Below the pieces are notes generated by a model that saw only the letters and a list, made by a program, of their open reading frames with translations, was not told where the DNA came from and made no database searches. A stretch of 64,000 bases of DNA from assembly GCF_963921235.1 (NCBI RefSeq), contig NC_086108.1:107448001-107512000 (forward strand). The letters are read 5' to 3'. The translations under genes and the position numbers were made by a program. This DNA comes from Mobula hypostoma. Its lineage: Eukaryota. Positions 1 to 12,982 of the stretch are shown here, piece by piece (position 1 is the stretch's first letter; every line of letters starts with the position of its first letter).

Positions 1-19
1 GTGGAAGAGACAATGCACT

Positions 20-452
20 TGGGTAGTTCCACTCGCTTGACCTTGGAAGTCCAGATCCAGTGAGATGACTTATCATCACAAACTGGGATCTTCCTTGGTT
101 GCAGTGGATGACCATGATGTCCTCAGTGCTATGTCATACCCTTCGCTCACTATGAAGCACCGCAGAACCACTTTCCTGGCTGTTGGATCTCACTTTTGAT
201 CCCATCTGCCCAGTCCACCAGAGCTGACTTTACATGCTAAGACAGCCATGTTGTTATCTTACCGGGATATGAGGCTCACCTGCTTTAACCCACCTGTCAA
301 ACTGGTGTACCGGTGTTTGGCCACTGTCACATACAAACAGCTACTTGGAGCCACAGGTAAGAGCTGAGTGTCTGATGGGGAGCAAAGGTGAGTGAGGTGC
401 CCCAGAGTGGACACAGCAAACCTTTTCACCAGAGGTGCTACCCCAGCCTGGA
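20..452 (-). mobile_element. Decayed non-autonomous retroposon, same family as the TSD-flanked element at 49081-49518
   Basis: The reverse complement contains tagctgtttgtatgtgacagtggcca and gtcatccactgc, matching the 49.1 kb element. The partner LINE clade is not determined. Confidence 0.6.
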
Positions 453-649
453 AAATTCATACACCCCAATGCCACCACAGAGCCAACAGTCTATAATACT
501 CAGATTTAAGTTAATAAACTAGTTTCTGTATGGTATGCAAGGAGGACTTTCTGCCCTTCAAATTAATGCTGGCTCTCAGAGCAGCCCTGTCAGTCCCACA
601 CCATCTGCAGCATCATGTGCAATAGACCAAGGAGTCATTCTCTCTCAAG

Positions 650-1180
650 GCACTATGGTTTGGTAGGGCAGGTGACCGTAGGAAACTGAAGAGAGTTGTG
701 GACTCAGCTCAGCAGATCACTGAAATCAGCCTTCCCTTTGTAGATGAAGTCCACAGAGGAGAGGCTATGACTGGTGTGGGTGTGGTCTTTGATTATAATG
801 GCTAGTTACTGAGACTATACAATATTTCTTGCTACATCAGTAAAGCATTCAGCATAATCAAAGACCGCACCTCTTCTCCCTTCTTCCATTGGGCAGAGGA
901 GAAAAAAGCCTGAAAGCATGTACCACCAGGCTCAAAGACAGCTCCTACCCACTGTTATCAGGTTCTTGATTGGACCTTGTTTGATAAATTGGACCCTTGA
1001 CCTCACAATCAATGTCATTATAAAATTGCACTTTATCATTTACCTACACTGCTTCTTTTCTATAGCTTTTACACTTTATTCTGCATTGTTATTGTTTTTT
1101 TTACTGTATTCTAGCATGCACGGTGTAATAATTTGATCTGTGTGAACAGTGTGACAAGACAAGCTTTTCATTGTATCATC
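650..1180 (+). mobile_element. Rex1/Babar-like LINE 3' fragment
   Basis: Decayed C-terminal coding remnant (KLxRVV...IIKD...RLKDSxxPTVIRxL-like) followed by a T-rich 3' UTR. The same pattern recurs at about 11050, 13490, 15030, 38600, 56780 and 61890. Confidence 0.6.
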
Positions 1181-1184
1181 ATTA

Positions 1185-1538
1185 CGTGCTGTGTCGTGTG
1201 GTGTGGGTGATCATGGTCTATAAGCCCGATTGTTCTTGGCAAATCTTTCTACAGAAGTGGTTTGCCGTTGCTTTCTTCTGGGCAGAGACTCTACAAGATG
1301 GGTGACCCCAGCCAATATTAATACTCTTCAGAGGTTGTCTGCCTGGCATCAGTGGACACATAACCAGGACTTGTGATATGCACCAACTGCTCATATGACC
1401 ATCCACCACCTGATCCCGTGGCTTCACATGACCCTGATCGGGGGCGGGGGGGCGCGAAGCAGGTGCTACACCTTGTCCAAGGGTGACCTGCAGGCTAGCC
1501 TTACATCTCCTTTGGAAAATACATATTTCCACCACACT
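1185..1538 (-). mobile_element. SINE with RTE/BovB-type 3' tail (Sauria-SINE-like tail)
   Basis: The reverse strand reads gaagaaagcaacggcaaaccacttctgtagaaagatttgccaagaacaatc, similar to RTE/BovB 3' ends. Sister copies lie at 41535-42098 (-) and 58312-58625 (+). Confidence 0.65.
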
Positions 1539-1564
1539 ACATTTCTTGGTACACATGACACTGC

Positions 1565-2310
1565 ATCTGTGAGTCGGCTGGGGTGATATACTGCGGCCGG
1601 TGGTCCCAATATGGCCTTCTATATATTGGCAAGAACTGACGCAGACTGGGAGACCACTTTGCTGAACACCTACGCTCTGCCCGCCAGAGAAAGCAGGATC
1701 TCCCAGTGGCCACACATTTTAATTCCACATCCCATTCCCATTCTGACATGTCTATCCATGGCCTCCTCTACTGTAAAGATGAAGCCACACTCAGGTTGGA
1801 GGAACAACACCTTATATTCCGTCTGGGTAGCCTCCAACCTGATGGCATGAACATTGACTTCTCTAACTTCCGCTAATGTTCCAGCTCCCTCTCACACCCC
1901 ATCCGTTATTTATTTTTATACACACATTCTTTCTCTCACTCTCCTTTTTCTCCCTCTGTCCCTCTGACTATACCTCTTGCCCATCCTCTGGCTCCCCCCC
2001 CCCACCCGTCTTTCCCCCTGGGCCTCCTGTCCCATGATCCTCTCATATCCCTTTTGCCAATCACCTGTCCAGCTCTTGGCTCCATCCCTCCCCCTCCTGT
2101 CTTCTCGAATCATTTTGGATCTCCCCCTCCTCCTCCCACTTCCAAATCTCTTACTAACTCTTCCTTCAGCTAGTCCTGATGAAGGGTCTTGGCCCGAAAC
2201 GTCGACTGTACCTCTTGCTAGAGATGCTGCCTGGCCTGTTGCATTCACCAGCAACTTTGATGTGTGTTGCTTGAACTTCCGGCATTTGCAGAATTCCAGT
2301 TGTTTGCTTT
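1565..2310 (+). mobile_element. Penelope-like (Neptune-type) 3' fragment: GIY-YIG endonuclease C-terminus plus terminal repeat (pLTR)
   Basis: Near-identical to the 46084-46730 and 58680-59380 copies. It ends ...GMNIDFSNFR* at about 1876, followed by a pyrimidine-rich UTR and a hammerhead motif. Confidence 0.9.
2172..2207 (+). ncRNA. Minimal type I hammerhead ribozyme motif (intact core)
   Basis: AGTC-CTGATGA-A-GGGTCTTGGCCC-GAAAC-GTC-GACT. Stem I is AGTC/GACT, with the CUGANGA box, stem II GGG/CCC, GAAA, palindromic ACGT stem III and a GUC cleavage triplet. Confidence 0.85.
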
Positions 2311-2680
2311 TTTGAATATTGAAAGGTCTAGACAGAGTGGATTGGAGAGGATGATTCCTGTAGTGGGAGAATCTGGCACCAGAATTTACAGCTTCAGAAG
2401 AAAAGGATGTCACTTTAGAAAGAGACAAGGATGAATTTCTTTAGCCAGGGGGTGGTGAATCTGTAAAATTCATTGCCACAGATGGCTATGGAGGACAAGT
2501 CATTGGGTATATTGAAAATGGAGGTTAATAGATGCTTGATTATTAAGGACATCAAAGATTATAGGGAGAAAGCAGGAGAATGGGGTTGAGAGGGATAATA
2601 AATCAGCCATAATGGAATGCTGGAGCAGACTTAATGGACCAAATTGCCTCATTCTTCTCCTAGATCTACGTCTTATGGAC
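2310..2680 (+). mobile_element. CR1 LINE 3' fragment
   Basis: Decayed ILKGLDRVD...FFSQxVVNLxNSLP coding remnant and a CR1-type 3' UTR ending in cttatgg. Confidence 0.75.
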
Positions 2681-3339
2681 TGCCAAGATTGAAAGCAAAG
2701 TATCTGCAATATTTGGCAGTTCTCTTAGAAATAAAACATGCTAAAGTGAAAAGCAAAGGACAAAGGTCAGTGGGGTGTGAGAGAAAATAAATATATGTAG
2801 AAAGTGTGTCGATGATTTGGTCCTCACTGTCTGTAGGGATCAACAAGAGCTTTCAAAAAGGAATTGGATATGTGCTTGGCTGAGAATAATTTGTAAGGCA
2901 GTGGGAAAAGAGAAAAACAATGGAGCTGACAGACAGCTGATGGGCCAAATGGCCTCATAAATGCGCTGTAACAATATGGTGGGTTCTGTTCCACAGTTCA
3001 CAGTACTGTGCATGCTTGAATTCTGAAAGGGAAACAAAATGGATGTGACAGAAAAATTCCACATCTCTGAAATGCGTAACAGCGTTCCAGGTCGACAGCC
3101 TTTCCTCATTAATAAATTATTATCTGGACAAGAAAGAAATTCTTCTGCATGTAAACAGGTGTTCTATTTTGCATCAAATACAAGGAATTTTACAGCTTTA
3201 CAAGGAATTTACAGCACAGAAACTAGACCCTTGTCCCAGCTGGTCGAGCATGCATCGTTCTCCAGCAATACCAGCATTGCTATATATATAGATAGACATA
3301 GATAGATTTATTTCCTCTCATAGTTCTTCCCCTTGACTG

Positions 3340-3605
3340 TTTGTACCTCCTTCTTAGGCAGTCCCCATTGATCAAGAATCACTTGCTTGCGCATCTGTTT
3401 TGCTGGCTCTGAGCTGACTGATGTGGAGAGCGCGGACTCTTCAACCTGGGAGAGCAGCCGATTTATGGGGTCAGTGGGGCATGATGCTCTTCTACCACTA
3501 TTGCCACGGGGCCTGCTGTCTGCTCTCTTGAGATTCATAATGCCATCCTGAACACTCCTTCTCCACTTTGAGTGGTCGTAGGACCGGGATTCCCAAGAGT
3601 CAAAT
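3340..3605 (-). mobile_element. RTE-like LINE 3' fragment
   Basis: The reverse strand encodes SWESxxxDHSKWRRSVQDG..., which resembles the RTE ORF C-terminus. Confidence 0.5.
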
Positions 3606-3639
3606 CAATGGAAGTTTTTCAAACTTGCACCCTATCTTC

Positions 3640-6600
3640 TTACAGAGACAGCTGCATGATACTAAGCTAGGGCACATCATCAGTGATGTTACCTGGGGCT
3701 GACAGGTGTTTCAGGTCTTTCAACATCATACACCCTCGCCCAGGCGACCCGACCGGGGTTGATCAGACCCCGGCCTGTGCCCTAGCAGCAACCGACGGAT
3801 CTGCTCTCTTTATCCAGAGCCATCTTGACGCTTTCTCTGCTGCATCTGTGGTGGTAGAAATGACTCTCCTTCTCTCTCCCATGATTCCAAGTGCAGTGTA
3901 TACTTTGCAGAGTGACTGGCCTGCAAGACCACGACACCCAACCTCCACAGGCCAACACTTTGCTCTCCAGCCTTTTCTTTGGCCGTTGTTCTTCAGATCT
4001 TCATACTTGGCTTTTTCCCGCTCATGGGCCTCCTCCATGCGCTCTTCCCACGGCACGGTAAGCTCATGCATAAAAACGTGCTTCAATGAGTCGGACCACA
4101 ACACAATGTCGGGCCGCAATGTGGTCTCTGTGATGCGGGGAAGAAACTACCCCTGTTTTCCCAGGTCTGCTTTTTGCTTCCAGTCCTGCGCAGCGAAGAG
4201 CAACCCGGTTGCTTCCTGGTGTTCTGTTGGTCTTTCCCCCGTTTGACAAGCAGATGGTATTCTTGACCAGACTTGTTTTCCAGCTGATGTTAAGGGTGCT
4301 GCAGATTGTCTCAACAACTGTCCAGAGGACCTGGTTATGCTGCCACCGATAACGGCCGTCCACAAGAGCTCTGGGGCAGCAGCTCAGAATGAGCTCTAGC
4401 GTACCGGTCTTCTCACAGGGGGGCAATCTGGTTATTCTGCAAGGCCCCAGCAGTGCAGGTTGGATGGGCTGGGAAGGATGTCATAAACAGCCTGGATAAG
4501 AAACTTGATGCAGTGTGAATCCACCTTCCAGAGATCATTCCACGTGATCTTTCCCTCGATCACCTGCTCCCATTTGGTCCCGGCTCCTTGCTGTTTCATT
4601 GCCACTGCTCTGCTGGTCCTCTCCTCCTCCGCAGCTGCCCTTACTTCATTCTGGACCAGTTCTCGTCGCTCTTTCCCTTGTACTTTGTCAAAATGGGGGA
4701 CTTCAAGGCTCCAAGTCCAACTCTTCCCTGGGCGACTGCCCCCACCAGCTCTTTGTGGCGCAGTCACGCCTCAGCTTCTTCCACTGCAGCTTCTGCTCTC
4801 CACTCTCTTCCAGTTCTCACTGCCACTCTTGTTCTGGCAACCTTTGGATCTGAAGATTCCCAGAACTGCAGCACCTCTCTTGCTCGCAAAACCTTGAACT
4901 CCTTCTCGATGGATTTCAGGGTGAGCCTCGGTTTGCAGTTATTCCCGTACAGAGCGATGCTGCTGATGTTCCTTGGTAAACCCAGCCATCTTCGCAGGAA
5001 CCGGCTGACTGCCCTCTCTAATTCAGCAACAGTGGAAATTGGAAACTGATAGAGAAGCAGTGGCCAGAGGATTCTTGGTGGTATACCATGCTGGTAGATC
5101 CATGCCTTAAACCGCTCTGGAAGGTCAGTCCTGTCAACCTCTTGCAACCATTGTTCAAACTCCCCACAGGTGTTCCTTATTGCCGCCTTATCTCTGAGTT
5201 TTGCATCAAACATCTTCCCGAGACTTTCAACAGGGTTCTCTGTGATGGTGGGAATTGGAATGTCCTCAATAGAGAAACAAAATTTCTTCTGTACCCTCCC
5301 CTTCTTCAGTACTACAGATCTTGATTTTGCAGGCGTAAAGGACATCCTTGCCCACCTCATCAACCTTTCCAGCCCCTTAAGAATCCACCTAGCACCAGGC
5401 ACTGACTCCGTAGTGATCGTCAGATCATCCATGAAGGCTCGTATTGGTGGTTGTATTAGTCAACCAGATCTTGATTTCGGGCCTCGACACTCCGGCTCTG
5501 CAGATTTTACCAGCATGTTCGTTGCCAGGGCAAAAAGGATGACTGAGATGGTGCAGCCTGTGACGATACCAGTCTCCAGCCTGCACCAGTCTGGTATTAT
5601 TGGCCCTGTTGAGACTCTCAAGTGGAACTCGTTGTAGTAGTCCATAAGGAGGCCTCTGATTCCTTCAGGAACATGGTGCCTCTTCAGAGCGTCTTCAACA
5701 ACCTTGTGGGGGATTGATCCATTGGCATTGGCCAAATCCAACCACAAAACCACTAAGTCACCCTTATTCTCTCTGGCCTCTCTCATGAGCTGTGCAATGA
5801 CTCCAGTGTGCTCCAAGCAGCCTGGTACCCTTGGAACGCCACCCTTCTGGACAGAGGTGTCGATGTAATTGTTCCTCAGGAAGTACTCTGTTAGGCGCTT
5901 TGCCACCACACTGAAGAAGATCTTCCCTTCAACACTCAGCAAGGATATTATCTTAAACTGCCTGATGTTCTCAGAGTTCTCTTCTTTTGGAATCCACACT
6001 CCGTTTGCATACTTCCATTGCTTGGGCACTTTGCCTCTCTTCCAGACAACCTTGAGGATTCTCCACAGCCGCCGGAGAAGCCGGGGGCAGCATTTGTAGA
6101 TGCTGTAGGTGGTGCCACTCGGACCAGGTGCTGAGCCGGCTCTGGCTTTTGTGACTACTTGCTGAACCTCCTTGAAGAGAGGCTCTCGAAGGCCGAAAGC
6201 CTCTGTTAGTTCTGCGGGGGCGATGAGGGCCTCACAGTCTCCCAATTAAACTTCTCTGTCCGGGTTACTGAAAGTGCTACGAAGATGGTGGTCCATCTGT
6301 TCCTTTGTGCTGGACAGCTTTCCGCTTCTCTTCTGATCCAGCAGCTGTTTGGTGAACTGAAATGGGTTGCTGATGAATGCAGATCTTTTCTGTGCTCTTT
6401 GTCTACTGTGCCTCCGGTGTTGCTCCGTTCTTCTCAGAGTGATGAGTCCTTTCCTCAGCATCACACGCAGTGGTGCTCTTTCCTCATGGTTTGCCAATTT
6501 ACATTGTTGCTTGAGCGCCTTGAGCTCTTTCCAGATGTTGTGGATCTTGGTGGCTCTGTTGTTTTTAACAAATGGCTGTTTGACCCACTTCTCTTCCTCA

Positions 6601-6985
6601 GTACCAAATCTTTCTGCTGCCACAGTTATGATCACTGTTGTCATTATCTGCAGTCTCCTCTCCACACCACCTTTGGCCACTGTTTCCAACACTAGATCTG
6701 TGTCCTCATCAAGCCTTTGCCACTCTGCTGTCTGGCAGGCTTTGGGCCATCTGATCCACACGGTCTGAGATGTGATTGTTGGGATGCACAGCTTGCACCA
6801 CGCGGAGTCTCTGGGTACCGTGGGGTGCTTCCTGACCCTGCTTCTCCTCTGTCTCACCCGATTGGGAATCTGCGCATTGTGCTGCTCTCTGTTGCTCTTT
6901 ACACTTCACCCTTGACCGGTGGATTTTCAAGCCTCTCTGGTTCTTACAAATTTTGCCACAGATGCACTGTATCCAACTTAGTGAT
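3640..6985 (-). mobile_element. Hero-like non-LTR retrotransposon (R2 group, restriction-like endonuclease), near-complete ORF but disrupted
   Basis: N-terminal zinc finger CICGKICKNQRGLKIH; RT motifs (GSAPGPSG, ISLLSVEGKIF, QKGG, WLDLAN, GIVTGCTIS, AFMDD); CCHC-like remnant (CEKTGTLExILSCC); RLE motif RPDIVLWS...ELTVPWEE...KxxKY. The ORF is split by in-frame stops (6246, 5460, 4764) and frameshifts. Confidence 0.9.
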
Positions 6986-7687
6986 CTGAAACACAAGAGA
7001 TTTGGCAGATGCTGGAAGTGTTAAGCAAAACACACAAAATTCTTGAGGAGATCTGCAAGCTAGGCAGCAGCTATGGAGGGGAATAAACAGTCAACGTTTC
7101 AGCCAAGTCTTCCAAGCTTAGCTTCTTGTGTACAGTCAGATTTGACCACATAATTGTGACCTCAGCTTCCAAGGTTCTCTGGCCTAGAATCCTTCCCTCC
7201 TCTCGACCTATGAATCTCTTCCTTTAAGACACGACACACTTCCAGAAGATGAGAACAATGAATGAAAAATGAAGGGTTATGAGCTGTTTAGGAGGGAAAG
7301 GTTACTTGAGGGCTGCCTCCAGCACAGGTGTATTGGTTGTTAACACATCAATGCATTTTCACTGTATGTACATGTGATAAATAAGTAAATCTGAATCTGA
7401 GTTTGTACCTGATGATTGTGCAGTTCTGTAGGTTTATATAGGTTGCCAGAACATCGTGGGCTGAAGGGCCCATACTGTGCTGTATGTTCTATGTTCTAGA
7501 GAAGGGGTTCCCAACCTTTTTTATGCCATGGACACTTATCAATAACTGAGTGGGTCTATAGGGAAGCAGGAAAACAGTCAATTGATATTAATGCCAAAAG
7601 ACCATCTCTTCTGTACATACCATGAGCAACAGATTCCATCTGGATGCACCATGGCTTGTTATGACAACTACTCTGCCCATGAACCCA

Positions 7688-8195
7688 GAACATAGAACAT
7701 AGAATTGTACAGCACAGTACAGGCCCTTCGGCCCATAATGTTGTGCCGACCCTTAAACCCTGCCTCCCATATAACCCCCCACTTTAAATTCCTCCATATA
7801 CCTGTCTAGTAGTCCCTTAAATTTCACTAGTGTATCTGCCTCCATCACTGACTCAGGCAGTGCATTCCATGCACCAACCACTCTCTGAGTAAAAAACCTT
7901 CCTCTAATATCCCCCTTGAACTTCCCACCCCTTACCTTAAAGCCATGTCCTCTTGTATTGAGCAGTGGTGCCCTGGGGAAGAGGCGCTGGCTATCCACTC
8001 TATCTATTCCTCTTATTACCTTGTACACCTCTATCATGTCTCCTCCCATCCTCCTTCTCTCCAAAGAGTAAAGCCCTAGCTCCCTTAATCTCTGATCATA
8101 AAGCATACTTTCTAAACCAGGCAACATCCTGGTAAATCTTCTCTGTACCCTTTCCAATGCTTCCACATCCTTTCGATAGTGAGGCGACCAGAACT
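7688..8195 (-). mobile_element. Young CR1 LINE 3' end, inserted in a Rex1-like fragment
   Basis: ORF 7753-8166 (ERVQRRFTRMLPG...RGHGFKVRG...FFTQRVVGAWNALP) with a (ttctatg)n-type tail at about 7690. Nearly identical to 24703-25057. Confidence 0.9.
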
Positions 8196-10369
8196 GGACT
8201 CAAAGAAACTGCGGAGTTGTGGACACAGCTCAGCACATCATGTAAACCAGCCTCTCTCTATGAAATCTGTCTGTACTTCTCGCTGCCTCAGTACCTCGTT
8301 ATGATCTTGCACTTTATCATTTTCCTGCACTGCATGATTTCAGTAACTTTTACACTTTATTCTGCAGTGTGAGGGGCTATCATTTTAAGGTGATTGGAGG
8401 AAAGGACAGGGGGGATGTCAGAGGTAGGTTTTTACACAGAGAGTGGTGGGGGGATGGAACACCCTGCACTGACGGTAGAGGCAGGTACATTTGGGACATT
8501 TAAGGGATTCTTAGATGGGCACATGGATGATAGAAAAGTGGAGGGCTATGTGGAAGGGAAGGGTTAGATTGATCTCAGAGTCAGTTAAAGGGTCAGCATG
8601 ACACCATGGACTGGAGAGCCTGTACTGTGCTGTAATGTTCCATGTTCTTTATTATTATTATTATTATTGTTTTACCTTGTCCTAACTCAAACTGTATCGG
8701 TCTCTGCCATTCCTTTGGATTCGTCAGCTGCATGGAGGAGGGGGCTGCTGCATGGCTGACAGCTTGCTCTCCCTGGACTGTACTGCCCTGGACTGCGCGT
8801 TAACATTGTTAGACAGCTCGGACACAACATCCGTGGTTGCTTCAAACCAAACAGACAGCCATAACTAAAAGGGTTGGTGGTGGGAATAGACATGGTGATG
8901 GTGTTGACAAGGCATTTAGAGAGGTCCATGAACGTGAATGGGACGATATGCATATGGGCAGGGTTAGATTGAATTGACTTCGTAGTCAGCACAGAAGGGT
9001 CTTTTCCTGTGCTGTTCCGTGTTCTTAGCTCCACAGAACATTAATCGAGAGCTGAAGAGTTGAGATAGGGAGCTGAGCTTAAACTTAATCTTTAGCAGCA
9101 TTTCCTGTGTTCTGCAAAAGAGGATTCAAGAGGCAGGGAGATTCAGGAATGGGATTCTGAAGTTCACCACCAGGAGAGCTGAAGGAGTAGCTACCAGAGA
9201 TTGGGAAGAGTTTCAGAATCAGGATCAGGTTCACTATCGTGGACACGTCATGAAAATTACTGTTTTGTGGCAGCAGTACTGTACAATACATAAAAAGATT
9301 ACAATAAGAATTATAAAAACATGAATAAATAGTACAACAGGAGAGCGATAGGGTCTCAGCCTGAAATGTTGACAGTTTATCCATTTCCATAAATGCTGTT
9401 TGACCTGCTGAGTTCCTCAAGCATTTTGTGTGTGTTGCTCTGGATTTCCAGCATCTACAGAATCTCTTGTGTTTAAAATGATGAGGTAGTGTTCATGGGT
9501 TCATGGACCATTCAGAAATCTGCCAGCAGAGGGGAAGATGCTGTTCCTAAAATGTATGTGCCTTCAGCCTCTTTGATGGTAGAACTGAGAAGAGGGCGTG
9601 TTTTGGATGGCAAGGGTTGTTAATGCTGGATGTTGCTTTCTTAGGGCATCGCCTCTTGAAGATGTTCTTGATGGTGGAGAGCATTGTGTCTGTGATGGAG
9701 CTGACTAACTCCACAAGCCTCTGCAGGATCTCTTGATCCTATGCTTTGGAGCCTTCATGCCACACAATAATGCAACCAGACAAAATACTACTGAGTATTG
9801 TAGAAGCTTACTGGACTTCAATGACATACCAAATCTCCTTAAACTTCGGGGTAGGACTGGATGAGGTATGTCTTGGAACAGGAGGAAGATGAGGGCTGGA
9901 AAGGGTGGTGTATGGGGAAGAAAATGAGGCTGTCTATATTGACATAGGATGCAGAGAATAGTAGTAGTGGCCCTCTACCCCTCCTCTCCATGATTTCAAA
10001 GATAAATCTTCATATTGATAATATCGTTTCAAAACTAAAAATGTAATAAACACAAGGTGAAAAACTGATGGAAAATTATGCAAAGTAATTTTGGTAAATA
10101 AATTGGTTTATTACTGTCACATGTACCAAGGTACAGTCGTGGTCCACATGGCATTCATACAAATGATTTCATCACATCAGTACATTGAGGTAGTGCAACA
10201 GACAATAAGAACATAATGTGGAATAAAGTGTTACATTTACTGAGAAAGTGCAGTGCAGGTAGACAATAAGGTGCAAAAGCCGTGAAAAGGTCAATTTTGA
10301 GGTCAAGCATCCATTTCATTGTACAGGGGGATTATTCAAACATTTTCTAATGGCAGGTTAGAAGCTGTC

Positions 10370-11055
10370 TATAAGACCACAAGACCATAAGATTACACCA
10401 CTTGGCCAATTGAGCCTACTCCACCATTTCATCATGCCTGATTGAATTTTCCTCTCAGCCCCAGTCTTCTGCCTTCTTCTCATATCCTTTCATGCCCTGA
10501 CCAATCAAGAATCTATCAACCTCTGCCTAAATACACATAAAGAATTGGCCTCCACAGCTGCTTGTGACAAAGAATTCCACAGATTCACCACTCTCTGGCT
10601 AAAGAAATTCCTCCTCATCTCCGTTCTAAGAGAACGCCCCTCTATTCTGAAGCTGTGTCCTTTGATCTTAGAGTCTCACACCATAGGAAATATCCTCTTC
10701 ACATCCACTCTATCAAGGCCTTTCACCATTCAATAGGTTTCAATGAGGTCATCCCTCATTCTTTCGAATTTTAGTGAAAACAGGTCCAGAGCCATCAAAC
10801 CCTCTTCATATGACAAGCCATTCAGTCCTGGAATCATTTTTGTGAACACCCTTTGAACCCTCGCCAATTTCAACACACGCTTTCTAAGGGGCCCAAAACT
10901 GCTAACAATACTACTCACTGCCTCACCAGAGCTTTATAAAGTCTCAACATTTCATCCTTGCTTTTATATTCTAGTCCTCTTGAAATGAATGCTAAGATCG
11001 CATTTGCCTTCCTCACCACAAACTGAACCAGCAAATTAACCATTAGGGAATTCCT
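10370..11055 (-). mobile_element. CR1 LINE 3' fragment
   Basis: RVQRVFTKMIPGLNGLSYEE...RDDLIETY remnant plus a CR1-type 3' UTR. Confidence 0.8.
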
Positions 11056-11839
11056 CAGCCGGCTGGTCAAGATTTTCTATTTTCTGCCCGATGGGAGAGG
11101 GGAGGAGCGAGAATGCCCCCGGGTGGGTGGGGTCTTTGACTATGCCGGCTGCTTTGCTGAGGCAGCGAGAAACGTAGACAGAGTCCGTGAAGGGGAGGCC
11201 GGTTTCTGTCATTTGCTGAGCCACATCCACAACTCATAAAGTGCTGGAAACTCAAGTTCAAGTTCAACTTTATTGTCATTTAAACATACACACGTACACA
11301 ACTAAATGAAACAACACTCCTCAGGGACCAAGGGGCAGAATAGAGTAGATAGAGTCACACACAGCACATATAGTTACAATCCAATGCATACGGTCACAAA
11401 ATAATATTAGCATAAGCCTCTGAATTTTAGTTGTCTCTCTACAGGTCCAGCCTGATCTTTCAAGTATTTCTAGTATTTTATTATTTTTTTCTTTCCTTAA
11501 TTTTTTTTTCGCTTTGATTCAAGATTGTTTAATGTCATTTCCAATACACAAACGTAAAGGAGAACGAAGTAAGTGTTACTCCGGATTCGATGCAGTTCAA
11601 AGTAAACAATAAGATACGAAACACAATATTTTTTTAAAAAGTAGAATAAATATAAATACGTAAGATAACTTATATACATAGATTGATTGTATGTCCATAA
11701 AGTGACGCTAGGCACAGGAGCGTCTGTACATAAGGTGACTGACAGGAAATGATAAAATAGCGAAGGTTTTAAATTTGTAATTTAAAGATTTTTTTCACAT
11801 TAAAAACAACTATTTTGGAGCAAGATTCAAATCCAAGAT

Positions 11840-12950
11840 CAAGTGCGTGGTGGTAAATCAAAGGCGTCTTGTATCTGTCAGTACAGGTTTCCTACGCCGA
11901 CTGAAGTTGTGATCGTTCCTTCTTCGCACGTAACACGTCCTCCGGTTCTGGCGGAACCTACAAATCCAGTCCAGGCTTTCGCGGCGACCCCGCCTCTTCA
12001 TTGCAACGGTGCCAGATTAATTTAAATGTATCTGCTCAAGTGGAGATAATCAATGCAAAATCAGTGTGACTGTGCCGCACAAATAGGGTATGTTTGATTC
12101 ACAAAGCGGCCTGAGCTCTCGGAGGTCTGGCCGTTCATCAGTCTCTTTGCAAAACCTTTCTCCGCCTTGAGAAATGCAAGTCACAAATAGTCGCTGAGTG
12201 AATGTGTCTATCTCGCTTTGTCCGGAGCATCGCAGACCTGCTGGACCTGTCTTGCAGAAAGGTATGTTCACTGCCGTCTGTCATCCATTCAGGGGATAGA
12301 TTCGACGTGGAGTCGATTCTGTCGCTCTCTATTTCCAATCCATCCAATATGACATTTAAAAAAAATCTCTGTAGTTTCTAAGTGGGTTCTCTCAAACCGT
12401 GCCATATATCATCCTGTGTTTATGAAGTTGTCTTCATTGCAGCGAGATGTTTAAGCGGTAAAGATAATTGGCAAAGGCTGTTCTTTCGTGTCCATGTTCG
12501 TTACGTGACTGCTCATCATTACGCGGAGTTTAACGTTAAGGAACGTCGATCCTCGGCCACTTGACAACTTTCTTGTTTCTTAATGCAGTAATTAAGGACC
12601 TGGTAGCAACGAGTTGCTGCTGGTGCCGAGTTGAAGGGCTCGGGAGACCCGGGAAGTGAATGCTCCTGGATTGTCTCAGTACATGAGTAAACACGGCTCG
12701 CTGCGGTTTAAGTGTTGCCTAATGACTTTCTCGGCGACCAAGTTAAAACCTTCTCAAGTGTAGCGTGAAAATAATTAGTTTTGATTTTTAAAAAAATACC
12801 GATTTCCCTTGAATGAATTTGTTTTCCCTTTCATGCGTCGGCGAGGAAGTTCGCGGATTTATTTAGGTAAGATGTGTGGGAGAATAAGGTGATCCCAGAC
12901 CTCTCAAACCTCCTGTGTTGTACAAACTAGAACAAGTGGAAGTTTTCTGT

Positions 12951-12982
<32 letters not shown>

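Noticed and set aside
1916..2428. Recurrent 60-190 aa ORFs such as MAFYIL..., MSEWEW... and VNAAGQAAS...DVSGRDPSSG
   Set aside because: These are alternative-frame or antisense translations of Penelope GIY-YIG/pLTR sequence, not genes.
3695..3745. Hammerhead in the Hero 3' UTR (tgatg...gaaac on the minus strand)
   Set aside because: It lacks CUGANGA and has no stem II directly before GAAA; it is treated only as a structured UTR.
3683..6768. Plus-strand ORFs overlapping the Hero-like element
   Set aside because: Antisense shadows of the retrotransposon ORF.
12050..12347. Minus-strand ORFs in the CpG region, one with a THAP-like ICDLHF
   Set aside because: No N-terminal CxxxC or other THAP residues; the ORFs are short and overlapping with no recognisable homology.
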